Below are positions 34,243-44,032 of a stretch of DNA of 44,618 bases, piece by piece. The notes below the pieces were generated by a model. The model did not search any database and was not told the DNA's origin. It saw only the letters and a list, made by a program, of their open reading frames with translations. This DNA comes from Candidatus Iainarchaeum sp. Lineage in GTDB: Archaea > Iainarchaeota > Iainarchaeia > Iainarchaeales > JAZDDZ01. Positions within the stretch are counted from its first letter, which is position 1; every line of letters starts with the position of its first letter. Position numbers and translations under genes: made by a program. Location: assembly GCA_043809245.1 (NCBI GenBank), contig JAZDDZ010000009.1:1-44618 (forward strand), read 5' to 3'.

Positions 34243-35616
34243 ATGCTTGTTGCAATGAAATTCGGCGGGGGAATTTTGAGTACCGCAGAAGACTTCAAGA
34301 GAGTCGCTGAAATAGTCAGGAAAAGAAGGGAGAAAGGGGAGGAAATAGCGATAGCGGTTTCAGCAATAAAGGGAATGACTGACGAGCTGATTGATGCCGC
34401 AAAAGGGGCCGTGAAAAACAGCAGGGGAATAGACGGATTCATAAGGCATGCAAAGGAAAGCCATTCAAAGGCACTTGAAGGCATAAAGGACACTGGCATA
34501 AAAGAGGCGGCCGCAAACGAAATCGCCGTAAAAATAGGGCTTCTTGAAAAAGCGCTGTACGGGGTAAGCTACTTAAAGGAGCTTTCGCCCCGCAGCTATG
34601 ACTTGCTGCAGACTTTCGGGGAAAGGATTGCAATTGAACTGCTTGAGGCATATCTCCTTGACAATGGAGTCAATGCAAAGGCACTTGAAGCGGATGAAGC
34701 GGGAATGATTGTTGACTCGAATTACGGCAGGGCTTCGCCGAAAATGGATGAAGTGGAAAGGCAAATGAAGCAAAAAGTGGAGCCGCTGTTAAAGACAACT
34801 GTTGCAATAATTCCCGGCTTTTACGGAGTGAACAAGCACAACGACATAGTTTGCTTTGGAAGAGGGGGAACGGATTACACTGCGGGAATAATCGCTGCAG
34901 CGCTTGACGCAGACCACTTGGAGTTATGGAAGGACGTTGACGGATTCATGAGCGCAGACCCAAAGGCAGTCAAAAACGCGAAACTGATAGCACAGCTAAG
35001 CTATGACGAGGCGGAAGAGCTCGGCTACTTTGGCGCAAAAATAATGCACCCAAGAACGGTAATGCCTTTGAGGGGGAAAAAAATCCCGATACAGGCAAGA
35101 AATGTATTAAAGCCGGAAAAAATCGGCACGACAATATGCGCTGAGGGAAAATGCGACAGTGAAAAAGTGATTAAAAGCATTGTTTCAAGAAAAGACATTG
35201 CAATGGTTTCAATAAAGAGCGCTGAACTCATTGAAGGCATTGGAATGATTGCAAAAATATTTTCAACCATTGCCGAAGCGGGAATATCCGTTGACATGGT
35301 TTCAACAAGCGAGGCAGGCATAAGCCTGACGGTTGAGAAAAAAAACGCGCAAAAAACAAGGGATGTGCTGGCAAAAGAGCTTGACTTTGAGGTGGAAAAA
35401 ATCATAATAGAGGATGATATTGTATTGACAAGCGTGATAGGGCATGGAATGAAGGGAACCCCTGGAATAGCGGGAAAGCTGTTCAGCGCAATGGGAAAGG
35501 CAGGCATAAACATTGAGGTCATAAGCCAGGCATCTGAAATAAACATTTCATTCATAATAAAGGAAAAAAACACTGAGAAAGCGATTGCCGCAATCCACAG
35601 GGAATTCATGGAATGA
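34243..35616 (+). CDS. lysC: Aspartate kinase with ACT domains
   Basis: [39 protein letters not shown] and [19 protein letters not shown] ~25 nt upstream supports ATG 34243 (alternative GTG 34234). Confidence 0.95.
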   Translation: MLVAMKFGGGILSTAEDFKRVAEIVRKRREKGEEIAIAVSAIKGMTDELIDAAKGAVKNSRGIDGFIRHAKESHSKALEGIKDTGIKEAAANEIAVKIGLLEKALYGVSYLKELSPRSYDLLQTFGERIAIELLEAYLLDNGVNAKALEADEAGMIVDSNYGRASPKMDEVERQMKQKVEPLLKTTVAIIPGFYGVNKHNDIVCFGRGGTDYTAGIIAAALDADHLELWKDVDGFMSADPKAVKNAKLIAQLSYDEAEELGYFGAKIMHPRTVMPLRGKKIPIQARNVLKPEKIGTTICAEGKCDSEKVIKSIVSRKDIAMVSIKSAELIEGIGMIAKIFSTIAEAGISVDMVSTSEAGISLTVEKKNAQKTRDVLAKELDFEVEKIIIEDDIVLTSVIGHGMKGTPGIAGKLFSAMGKAGINIEVISQASEINISFIIKEKNTEKAIAAIHREFME

Positions 35617-35632
35617 AAAAAGAGGTGAATTA

Positions 35633-36688
35633 ATGGAAAAAACAAAAGTCGGAATTTTAGGCGCAACAGGAATGGTTGGGCAGAGGTTCATTGCATTGCT
35701 TGCAGAGCACCCCTGGTTTGAAATTACTGAGGTTGCTGCCTCGGAAAAAAGCGCGGGAAAAAGCTATGCGGAAGCCGTAAAAGGAAGGTGGAAAATTGAA
35801 ACCCAGATTCCGGAAAAAGTCGCGGGAATGGAAGTAAAGGAATGCAAGGCAAAAGGAATGGGCTGTGAACTGGTTTTCGGGGCTTTGGACGCGGAAATAG
35901 CTAAGCCAATAGAACAGGAGTTCGCGAAAGCCGGAATGATTGTTTCAAGCAACACGAAAACACATAGAATGGAAGCGGATGTGCCATTGCTTATACCGGA
36001 AGTAAACGCTGAGCACTTAGAGGTTATTGAAAGGCAGAGAAAAAACAGGGGCTGGCGTGGCGCAATAATAACAAACCCAAATTGCACGCTCATGGGGCCG
36101 ACAATAACCGCAAAAGCATTGGATGACGCATTCGGCGTGAAAAAAATGATGGTTTTTTCAATGCAGGCGTTAAGCGGCGCGGGTTATCCGGGAGTTCCTT
36201 CACTTGACATTGTGGACAATGTAATGCCGTTCATTGGAGGCGAAGAACCGAAAGTGGAAAGCGAGCCATTAAAGATTCTTGGAAAACTTGGAGCCAATGG
36301 ATTTGAGAACGCGAAAATAACCATTAGCGCGCACTGCAACCGCGTAGGGGTAACAAACGGGCATACCACGCCGATAAGCGTTGAGTTAGCGGAAAAGCCG
36401 TCAATTGATGAAGTGAAAAAAGCGTTCAGGGAATTCAGGGGAGAGCCGCAGAAATTAAAGCTGCCGACAGCGCCGCAGCCAGTGATTGTTGTAAGGGAAG
36501 AGGATGATCGGCCGCAGCCGCGCATGGACCGGGACGCAGGAAAAGGAATGGCAATAACAGTCGGCAGGGTAAGGGCCTGCAGGGTTCTTGGATACAAATT
36601 TACTGCGGTAAGCCATAACACGGTTAGAGGCGCGGCAGGCGCAGCGATTCTGAACGCAGAATTAATGAAAGCGAAAGGTTACCTTTGA
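35633..36688 (+). CDS. asd: Aspartate-semialdehyde dehydrogenase (archaeal/fungal type)
   Basis: [30 protein letters not shown]...GH and [18 protein letters not shown] precedes ATG 35633. Confidence 0.96.
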   Translation: MEKTKVGILGATGMVGQRFIALLAEHPWFEITEVAASEKSAGKSYAEAVKGRWKIETQIPEKVAGMEVKECKAKGMGCELVFGALDAEIAKPIEQEFAKAGMIVSSNTKTHRMEADVPLLIPEVNAEHLEVIERQRKNRGWRGAIITNPNCTLMGPTITAKALDDAFGVKKMMVFSMQALSGAGYPGVPSLDIVDNVMPFIGGEEPKVESEPLKILGKLGANGFENAKITISAHCNRVGVTNGHTTPISVELAEKPSIDEVKKAFREFRGEPQKLKLPTAPQPVIVVREEDDRPQPRMDRDAGKGMAITVGRVRACRVLGYKFTAVSHNTVRGAAGAAILNAELMKAKGYL

Positions 36689-36705
36689 ATGTTGAAGGAA
36701 TCTGA

Positions 36706-37473
36706 TTGAAGAAAATAAAATGCATTGGCCTGACCGCGAACACAAAAAACTATTCCGCGGTCAAGGCTGCGCGCAAGGCAAAAAAACTGCTTGAACTGCT
36801 TGGCGTGAAAGTGATTGGAATTAAAGGCATCAGGGCAGGCGAGGAAAAAGAGCTCAAGCACTTTGACTGCGATTTATGCATTGTATTTGGAGGCGATGGA
36901 ACAATGCTTCACGCTGCACGCGAGGTCAGCGGAAAAATCCCACTCATTGGAGTGAACTGCGGTACAGAAGGGCATTTAATGCAGTTGAATGAAAAAAATT
37001 TCTTGCAGGAAATTCCTTCGCTTGCGAAAGGAAAATTTTCAGTTGAGAAAAGGATGAGGCTGCAGGCATTCAATGGAAAAAAAAGGACGCCATTGTCGCT
37101 GAATGAGGTTACTTTGGCTGCAAGGGAAAGCGTTACGCTGATAAGGTATGAATTGAAAGTGAATGGCAGAAAAGTTTGGGAAGACGCAAGCGATGGAGTC
37201 ATAATTGCTACGCCGACTGGAAGCAGCGCGCACGCATACAGCGCGGGGGGAAAAAAGCTGCGCGCTGGAAGCGAGGCGATTGAAATAGTTCCAATCAATT
37301 CAACTAAAAGAGAGAAAAGAAAGGCAAGGGTTTTTGGCGCGAATGCAAAAATTGAATTGCTGCCAAAACAGGAAGACGCATGGATAATAATTGACGGGCA
37401 GGTAAGGGAAAAAGCGAATGGAAAAATAAGTGTGCGGAAAGGAAATGGGGCCAGGGTTGCCTTGCTTAATTAA
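36706..37473 (+). CDS. nadK: NAD(+) kinase
   Basis: GGDGT, LNE and DGVIIATPTGSSAHAYSAGG. Confidence 0.9.
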   Translation: MKKIKCIGLTANTKNYSAVKAARKAKKLLELLGVKVIGIKGIRAGEEKELKHFDCDLCIVFGGDGTMLHAAREVSGKIPLIGVNCGTEGHLMQLNEKNFLQEIPSLAKGKFSVEKRMRLQAFNGKKRTPLSLNEVTLAARESVTLIRYELKVNGRKVWEDASDGVIIATPTGSSAHAYSAGGKKLRAGSEAIEIVPINSTKREKRKARVFGANAKIELLPKQEDAWIIIDGQVREKANGKISVRKGNGARVALLN

Positions 37474-37799
37474 GCGTCAAACAGGTAAATTCTTGCTTCC
37501 TTCTTGTTCTGATAAATTTGCATCCTGATCTTGCCGAGCCCTGCTTCTTTAATTGATTCTCTGGCTGAAGCAATGAATTGCCCAATTTCTTTGGTAAGTT
37601 CAAAGCCATGAAATCCCTCTTGCAACGGAAGCCTGAGAAAAATTCCAGTTTTATCCTTTCCAAAAGAAACCCCTTTAATGTTTGCTTTTTCAGCCGCGGT
37701 TTTCAAACCAATAACTAAATACCCCCACTTGTCTCCTTTAACCTGTTTGCGGGAAATTTTTTTGGTCAAGGCCGCCCTGCGCACGCTTGTTATTTTCAT
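37470..37799 (-). CDS. Hypothetical basic protein
   Basis: Fills the gap between nadK and hmgA. ATG at 37799 (MKITSVRRAALTKK); no recognisable motif. Confidence 0.55.
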   Translation of the reverse strand: MKITSVRRAALTKKISRKQVKGDKWGYLVIGLKTAAEKANIKGVSFGKDKTGIFLRLPLQEGFHGFELTKEIGQFIASARESIKEAGLGKIRMQIYQNKKEARIYLFDA

Positions 37800-37859
37800 C
37801 AAATAAAAGAAGGAGCAAAAGCTAATAAAAAATGCGGCAAACAAAAAACAGAATTACAA

Positions 37860-37906
37860 CGTCAATCGCCGTTTTTTACTTTGGCAATTGACGATAGATT
37901 TAAATA
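37860..37906 (+). promoter_or_regulatory. Inverted repeat adjacent to the TATA box of the mevalonate operon
   Basis: CGTCAATCGCC-N12-GGCAATTGACG (10/11 match), then ATTTAAATA at 37898-37906, ~27 nt before the start at 37933. Confidence 0.55.
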
Positions 37907-37932
37907 GCCAGCCCAGAGGAATTATTTAATAG

Positions 37933-39303
37933 TTGGAAGCCGTAAACATTAGCGGCACGGATTGTGAACTGATGAACGAAAAGAAACTAGAGGCACTGAA
38001 GGAAGAGCTGAAAAAAGGGAAGCTCAAAAGCGCGGACTTAGAGCAGAGAGTGTTCGACGAGGTATTCGCGGGAAAAGAGGAAATGATAGCGGAATCGGGA
38101 TTGGAAGCGGAAAGAATCAGGGCAGAACTGCTTGAAGAAGCCACTGGAAAAAAAATGGAGAACGCGAAAAAAAGCAAGGTCAGAACTGCGAGAATGCTGA
38201 ACGGAGCAGTGACAACAGGAATAGAGTTAAAGGTCGGAAGCGCACTGGTGCCTTTAGGCGTTGCAGGGCCATTAAAGATAAACGGCGAGCACGCAAAAGG
38301 CGAATACTACATAACCTGTGCAACTAATGAAGCCGCATTGATTGCGGGATTGCAGCGCGGAATAAAGGCGCTCAACCTTGCCGGCGGAGTTAACACGCTT
38401 GTTACAAGGGACTGGATGTGCAGGGCGCCATTGCTGGAAGCGCCAAACATCAGGGAAGCAAAGAGGCTGGTTGAAGAGGTTAAAAAAGGCAAACTTGTCG
38501 GGGAAATGCAGGAAACTGTTAGGAAAAATAATTCTTTTTGCGCTTTAATGGAAGTGCAGCCATTCCAGATGTCAAGGAATGTATGGCTGAGGCTTTGCTT
38601 CAAAACAGGCGATGCAATGGGAATGAATTCCGTGACAAAGCACTCAGCAAGGCTTGTAAAAGAATTATTGGAAAAGTTCCCGGAATTCAAGTTGATTGCG
38701 TTAAGCGGAAATTTGTGCACAGATAAAAAGAATGCACACATGAATGTTTTGCTTGGAAGGGGAAAAGCGGTTGAAGCCGAAATAGTCATTCCAGAGGAAG
38801 CGCTGAAAAAAGTGTTCAAGGAAGGCACAACAAGCAAGGCAATTGAAAAAATTAACTGGCAAAAAAATTATGCCGGCTCCGCGTTAAGCGGAACGCTTAC
38901 AGGCTTCAATGCGAACGCGGCAAATACAGTTGCGGCAATCTTTGCAGCAACAGGCCAGGATTTGGCGCAATTGGTTGAAAGCTCAACGTGTTTCACGCAT
39001 GCTGAGGCGGTTAAAGGCGGTTTAAGGTTTGGCGTGACAATGCCTAACCTTGAGGTCGCAACAATCGGCGGCGGAACCTTTTTCGGAACAGCAAAAGAAT
39101 GCCTGGAATTAATGGGCTGCGGTGCAGCGGGAAAAAATGCAATGGATTCAGGCAATGCATCGCGATTGGCGGAAATAATCGCGGCAGCGGTAACAGCACA
39201 GGAACTGAATCTGCTTGCTGCTTACGCTGCAGGCTATGAGCTGGCTGAAGGGCACATGAGGCTGGCGCAAGGCACTGACATGAGAAAAGAGCTGAAAAAA
39301 TGA
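37933..39303 (+). CDS. hmgA: HMG-CoA reductase (class I)
   Basis: ATNEAALIA, TGDAMGMN, SGNLCTDKK, GQDLAQLVESS, ATIGGGT and a C-terminal catalytic His. Confidence 0.93.
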   Translation: MEAVNISGTDCELMNEKKLEALKEELKKGKLKSADLEQRVFDEVFAGKEEMIAESGLEAERIRAELLEEATGKKMENAKKSKVRTARMLNGAVTTGIELKVGSALVPLGVAGPLKINGEHAKGEYYITCATNEAALIAGLQRGIKALNLAGGVNTLVTRDWMCRAPLLEAPNIREAKRLVEEVKKGKLVGEMQETVRKNNSFCALMEVQPFQMSRNVWLRLCFKTGDAMGMNSVTKHSARLVKELLEKFPEFKLIALSGNLCTDKKNAHMNVLLGRGKAVEAEIVIPEEALKKVFKEGTTSKAIEKINWQKNYAGSALSGTLTGFNANAANTVAAIFAATGQDLAQLVESSTCFTHAEAVKGGLRFGVTMPNLEVATIGGGTFFGTAKECLELMGCGAAGKNAMDSGNASRLAEIIAAAVTAQELNLLAAYAAGYELAEGHMRLAQGTDMRKELKK

Positions 39304-40352
39304 GCGAAAAAGTGGGAATTGCAGGATACGGGGCATACATCCCTAGAATGCGCATAAAGATTGATGAAATTGCGAGAGTCTGGGGAAAAGACGGCGAAAG
39401 GATCGCCGCAGGATTAGGAGTAAAGGAAAAGGCAGTTGCAGCCTTTGACGAGGACAGCTGCACATTTGCAGTTGAAGCCGCGCGAAGGGCAGTTGAAGCG
39501 GGAAAAATTGATGCCGGAAAGATAGGCGCGATTTATGTCGGAAGCGAAAGCAAGCCTTATGCAGTGAAGCCGACTGCCTCAATTGTCGGGGATGCAATCG
39601 GAGCTTCGCCTGAAATGACTGCAGCTGACTTGGAGTTCGCATGCAAGGCAGGAACAGCTGGAATGCAGGCATGCATGGGATTGGTTAAAGCGGAATACAT
39701 TGAATATGGCTTGGCAATAGGTTCTGACACAGCGCAGTCAAGGCCAAATGACGCGCTTGAATTCACTGCAGGATGCGGAGCAGCGGGCTTCATAATCGGA
39801 AGGGATGAAAAGGAAATGATTGCAACAATTGATGAAACATTTTCTTTCACAACAGACACACCTGATTTCTGGAGAAGACAGCACGCGGAATTTCCAAGCC
39901 ATGCAGGAAGGTTTACGGGGGAACCTGCTTACTTCAAGCATGTGATAAGCGCAGCGCAGGGCCTGTTGAAGAAAACTGGAATGAAAGTGGAAGAATTTGA
40001 TTACGCAGTATTCCACCAGCCGAACGGAAAGTTTCCTGAAAGGGCTGCGAAAATTCTTGGTTTTGAAACAGCGAAAATAAAACAGGGGCTGATTACACCA
40101 ATAATAGGGAACACTTACAGCGCAGCGTCAATGATTGGGCTTTGCAGCGTGCTTGACAAGGCAAAGGAAGGGGAAAAAATTCTGATGGTTTCTTACGGCA
40201 GCGGCGCGGGAAGCGATGCGTTTGCATTGACTGTCACGAAAAACATTGAAAAGAAAAGGGCACAAGAGGCTGTTTTGGAAATGGCGAAAGAAAAAGAATA
40301 CGTGGATTACGCGCTGTACGTGAAACACCGGAGAAAGATTAAGACTTTGTAG
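39300..40352 (+). CDS. HMG-CoA synthase (archaeal type)
   Basis: GSESKPYAVKP, EFACKAGT, DTPDFWRR, FHQPNGKFP and IGNTYS. Confidence 0.96.
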   Translation: MSEKVGIAGYGAYIPRMRIKIDEIARVWGKDGERIAAGLGVKEKAVAAFDEDSCTFAVEAARRAVEAGKIDAGKIGAIYVGSESKPYAVKPTASIVGDAIGASPEMTAADLEFACKAGTAGMQACMGLVKAEYIEYGLAIGSDTAQSRPNDALEFTAGCGAAGFIIGRDEKEMIATIDETFSFTTDTPDFWRRQHAEFPSHAGRFTGEPAYFKHVISAAQGLLKKTGMKVEEFDYAVFHQPNGKFPERAAKILGFETAKIKQGLITPIIGNTYSAASMIGLCSVLDKAKEGEKILMVSYGSGAGSDAFALTVTKNIEKKRAQEAVLEMAKEKEYVDYALYVKHRRKIKTL

Positions 40353-40363
40353 AAGGAAAGAAA

Positions 40364-40699
40364 ATGGATTGCAAGAAATTTTTTAAGCCGGACAGGACAA
40401 AAGCTATTGTAACAATACTGGTAGCGGCAACCGCGTACCTGGTTTTTTGGGGCGTTATTGCAAACACGCCGATGTGCATGGAAGGCGGGCAATGCGAAAC
40501 GCCCTTGTCCTATGCATTGTCTTTGTCATATATTGCACTTAATTTTATCGGGTTTATTATCGCCGCAATCACTATAACATTAGGATTTTTTATAGCCTCA
40601 TTTGAGAATGATGTTTTTCTTTTGGTGACCTCAATCATTAGCGCCTATATTTGGTCCTGCCTAATTGTTTTTGTTTATAAAAAGGTGAAGAAAAAATGA
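40364..40699 (+). CDS. Small membrane protein inserted in the mevalonate operon
   Basis: Three TM helices, N-terminal FFKP and a CMEGGQC loop. Stop overlaps the thiolase start. Confidence 0.7.
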   Translation: MDCKKFFKPDRTKAIVTILVAATAYLVFWGVIANTPMCMEGGQCETPLSYALSLSYIALNFIGFIIAAITITLGFFIASFENDVFLLVTSIISAYIWSCLIVFVYKKVKKK

Positions 40700-41856
40700 G
40701 AAGCGTCAGCATCATCGGAGCAGGGCTTTCCGCTTTCGGGGAGCACTGGGGCAAATCGTTAAGGGAATTGATAGCGGAAGCAGGAATCAAAGCCATACAG
40801 GACGCGCACATTGAAGGCAAGGACATTGAAGCGGTTTACGGCGGAACAATGGCTTCAGGAAGATTCACAGGGCAAGAGCACATTGGCGCATTAATAGCAG
40901 ACCAATTGGGCTTGAACCCAATTCCTTCCACAAGGCTGGAGGCAGCATGCGCTTCAGGCGGAGTTGCTTTAAGGAATGGCTTCCTCGCGGTCGCATCAGG
41001 AATGCATGACATTGTGGCGGTTGGCGGCGTTGAAAAAATGACGGAAATAAGCACGGAAGAAGTGACAACAACTTTGGGGGGCGCAGGAGACCAGGAAACA
41101 GAGTTATTCCACGGCGCGACTTTTCCCGGGCTTTACGCTTTAATGGCGAAAAGGCACATGCACGAATTCGGAACCACGGAAGAGCAAATGGCTTTATGCG
41201 CAGTGAAAAATCACGCGAACGCAATACACAACCCTTACGCGCAGTACAGAAAAGAAATCACTGTGGAAACCGTGATGAATTCAGGCTATGTGGCTTCACC
41301 GCTAAAATTGTTTGACTGTTCTCCGATAACAGACGGAGCAGCCGCAATCATCATCTGTGAAACCTCTAAAGCGAAAAAATTATGCGAGCAGCCAATTGAA
41401 ATAATTGCAAGCGCGCAGGCATCAGACAGCCTTGCATTGGCGGGAAGGAAAAGCTTAACTGAATTGAATGCGACAAAAGTTGCGGCAAAAAAGGCTTTTG
41501 AAATGGCGAAATTAACTGCAAAAGACGTGAGCCTGGCGGAAGTGCATGATTGCTTTACGATAGCGGAAATAATGGCAATAGAGGATTTAGGGTTTTTCAG
41601 GAAAGGAACGGGGGGAAAAGCAGTTGAAGAAAGAAGGACTACAATGAAAGGCGAAATACCCATTAACACCTCCGGCGGATTAAAGGCATGCGGGCATCCA
41701 GTGGGCGCGACTGGAGTGAAACAGGCAACTGAAGCATACTGGCAATTGCGCGGAGCAGCAAAAGAAAGGCAAGTGAAAGGCGCTGAAATCGCCTTAACGC
41801 ACAACGTCGGCGGTTCAGGAGCAACAGCAGTGGTGCACTTGTACAGGAGGGCGTGA
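40696..41856 (+). CDS. Acetoacetyl-CoA thiolase (archaeal type)
   Basis: EAACASGG, EVHDCFT, GHPVGATG and HNVGGSG. Confidence 0.96.
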   Translation: MRSVSIIGAGLSAFGEHWGKSLRELIAEAGIKAIQDAHIEGKDIEAVYGGTMASGRFTGQEHIGALIADQLGLNPIPSTRLEAACASGGVALRNGFLAVASGMHDIVAVGGVEKMTEISTEEVTTTLGGAGDQETELFHGATFPGLYALMAKRHMHEFGTTEEQMALCAVKNHANAIHNPYAQYRKEITVETVMNSGYVASPLKLFDCSPITDGAAAIIICETSKAKKLCEQPIEIIASAQASDSLALAGRKSLTELNATKVAAKKAFEMAKLTAKDVSLAEVHDCFTIAEIMAIEDLGFFRKGTGGKAVEERRTTMKGEIPINTSGGLKACGHPVGATGVKQATEAYWQLRGAAKERQVKGAEIALTHNVGGSGATAVVHLYRRA

Positions 41857-41859
41857 AAA

Positions 41860-42111
41860 ATGGAACGGCAAGAATATCTTGAAAATTTAAGAGATGCAGT
41901 AAACGCCTTCCTAAAAAAGCAGACTAGTTCTAATAAAAAAAGGGTACTTGAATTGGCAGAGCAAAGGGCATCAATAGGGCTTAAGCATTTTCAAGCAGAA
42001 AAAGCTTGGGGACAACTTAATATCTTTGAACTTGCGTGCACTATGCAGCCAATCAAGAAAAAAAAGCTAACCCGAAAAATGGCAATAGCCGCTCACAGGA
42101 GGCCTTTGTAA
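41860..42111 (+). CDS. Hypothetical 83-aa protein
   Basis: Exactly fills the gap between the thiolase and DUF35 genes; its stop overlaps the next ATG. Confidence 0.55.
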   Translation: MERQEYLENLRDAVNAFLKKQTSSNKKRVLELAEQRASIGLKHFQAEKAWGQLNIFELACTMQPIKKKKLTRKMAIAAHRRPL

Positions 42112-42512
42112 TGGACGGAGCTTTACCGCTTATTTGGAGGAATTTTCCGGAAAGGTATAACTTAATCGGGAACAAGTGCCAGACGTGCGGCACAAATTAT
42201 TTTCCCGCTAGGCCGATTTGCCCGAACTGCAGGCGAAAGGGAAAAATGGTTGAAAAGCAGATGCCAAAAACAGGCACAATTATTTCATTCACTAAAGTGT
42301 TTACTGGCCCGAGCGGGTTTGAAAACGAAACGCCTTACATGCTTGCATTGATTGAATTGGATGGCGGGGCAAGGCTGTTAAGCCAGATTGTGGATTCGGA
42401 TGAGAAAAAAATCAGCATCGGCGCAAAAGTGAAAAAGGTTTTCAGGAAAATCTCGGACACGGAAGCAGAAGGCGTGATAGCCTACGGGTATAAATTTAAG
42501 GTTTTAGACTGA
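42111..42512 (+). CDS. DUF35 Zn-ribbon/OB-fold scaffold of the thiolase/HMG-CoA synthase complex
   Basis: WR..PERYNLIGNKCQTCG..YFPAR.ICPNCRR and VFRKI....GVIAYGYKF. Start ATG 42111. Confidence 0.93.
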   Translation: MDGALPLIWRNFPERYNLIGNKCQTCGTNYFPARPICPNCRRKGKMVEKQMPKTGTIISFTKVFTGPSGFENETPYMLALIELDGGARLLSQIVDSDEKKISIGAKVKKVFRKISDTEAEGVIAYGYKFKVLD

Positions 42513-42540
42513 TTTCACTCAAAAAGGCAGAGGCGGTATT

Positions 42541-43479
42541 TTGGGCAAAGGAAAAGGTTATGGAAAAGTCATTCTCTTTGGAGAGCATTTTGTGGTTTAT
42601 GGTTTGCCTGCAATTGCCTCCGCGATTTCGGATTATACAACTGCGGAGGTGGAGAAGGGAAAAAAGGGCTTGGAATTAGTGGACAACAGGCCTGCGGTTG
42701 AAGGCTATAAGGTGAAAAAGCAGGGAGAAATAACGCGGGGATTGGATTTGATAATGAATTTCCTAAAAATTGATTTGAATAAAACGCCGCTGAAAATCAC
42801 TCTTGCAGGAAACCTCAAATGCGCTTCAGGGATTGGCGCTAGCGCTGCAATGGCGAGCGCAGTGGCAAGGGCGCTGAACGAGGAATTTTCATTAGGCTTG
42901 AATGACGAGCAGATAAACGAGGTTGCATTTGAGGGAGAAAAAGGAAGCGCGGGCACGCCAAGCGGAATAGACAACACCTGCTCGACTTACGGAGGACTGC
43001 TTGTATTTGAAAAGAATCTGGGCGGAGGAAAAAACAGGATAGAGTTAATTGATGCCGGGAAGCCATTGAAAATAGTTCTTGCAAGTACAGGAATCACGCA
43101 GGAAACAAAAGAGGTTGTCGCGGATGTGAAAGCAGAGAAAGAAAAAAGGCAACAGGAGTTTGAGGAAATTTTTTCGGAATACAAAAAAGTTTTTGAGGAA
43201 GGGTTAAAGGCATTAAAGGAAGGGAATGTTGAAATGGTCGGAAAGCTTATGGACAAAAACCAGGAATTGCTGCGCAAAATGACCTTAAGCTGTGAAGAGG
43301 TTGAGAGAATTATAGATATTGCAAAGGAAAACACGGCATTTGGCGCAAAGCTGACTGGAACTGGAAGAGGTGGTTTGGTTATATGCTTGGCAAAGGATTT
43401 GGAGGCACAGGAAAGGATTGCAAAAGCGGTTGAAACAGCGGGATTTGAGGCATCCAAAACCTCGCTGGGAAAGGAATAG
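42541..43479 (+). CDS. mvk: Mevalonate kinase
   Basis: GKVILFGEHFVVYG.PAIA, SGIGASAA, GTPSGIDN and GAKLTGTGRGG. Confidence 0.93.
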   Translation: MGKGKGYGKVILFGEHFVVYGLPAIASAISDYTTAEVEKGKKGLELVDNRPAVEGYKVKKQGEITRGLDLIMNFLKIDLNKTPLKITLAGNLKCASGIGASAAMASAVARALNEEFSLGLNDEQINEVAFEGEKGSAGTPSGIDNTCSTYGGLLVFEKNLGGGKNRIELIDAGKPLKIVLASTGITQETKEVVADVKAEKEKRQQEFEEIFSEYKKVFEEGLKALKEGNVEMVGKLMDKNQELLRKMTLSCEEVERIIDIAKENTAFGAKLTGTGRGGLVICLAKDLEAQERIAKAVETAGFEASKTSLGKE

Positions 43480-43480
43480 C

Positions 43481-44032
43481 ATGAGGGTAATTGTCGCGGT
43501 TTCAGGGGCAAGCGGAGTGCAGTACGGTGTTGAATTGCTTAAAGCGCTGAATGAAAAAAAAGTAGAAACCCATCTTGTGCTGAGTGAATGGGCTGAAAAA
43601 CTGATTGGAATTGAAACCGATTACAAAATCAGCGAAGTGAAAAAGCTTGCGGAAAAATGCTACGGCAACAAAGAGCTGGATGCAGCGATTGCATCAAGCA
43701 GCTTTCTGGTGGACGCAATGATCGTGATTCCCTGCTCAGTTAAAACAATCAGTGAAATAGCTAATGCCCATACTGACACGCTGATTACAAGGGCTGCAGA
43801 CAACATGCTGAAAATGAAGAAAAGGCTCGTGCTATGCCTGAGAGAAACGCCGTTAAGTGCGCCGGCAATAGAGCAGATGTACAAGGTAACGGTTGCAGGA
43901 GCAATTGTAATGCCTTTGGCGCCAGGCTTCTACCACAAGCCCAAGGAATTAAAGGATTTGTACGCATTTATTAGTGGAAAGGCAATGGACTGCCTTGGAA
44001 TAGAAAACACAGAGTTTAGAAGGTGGAGTTAA
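43481..44032 (+). CDS. ubiX: Flavin prenyltransferase
   Basis: VAVSGASG, IASSSF, PCSVKT, LITRAAD, RETP and PGFYHKP. Start ATG 43481. Confidence 0.93.
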   Translation: MRVIVAVSGASGVQYGVELLKALNEKKVETHLVLSEWAEKLIGIETDYKISEVKKLAEKCYGNKELDAAIASSSFLVDAMIVIPCSVKTISEIANAHTDTLITRAADNMLKMKKRLVLCLRETPLSAPAIEQMYKVTVAGAIVMPLAPGFYHKPKELKDLYAFISGKAMDCLGIENTEFRRWS

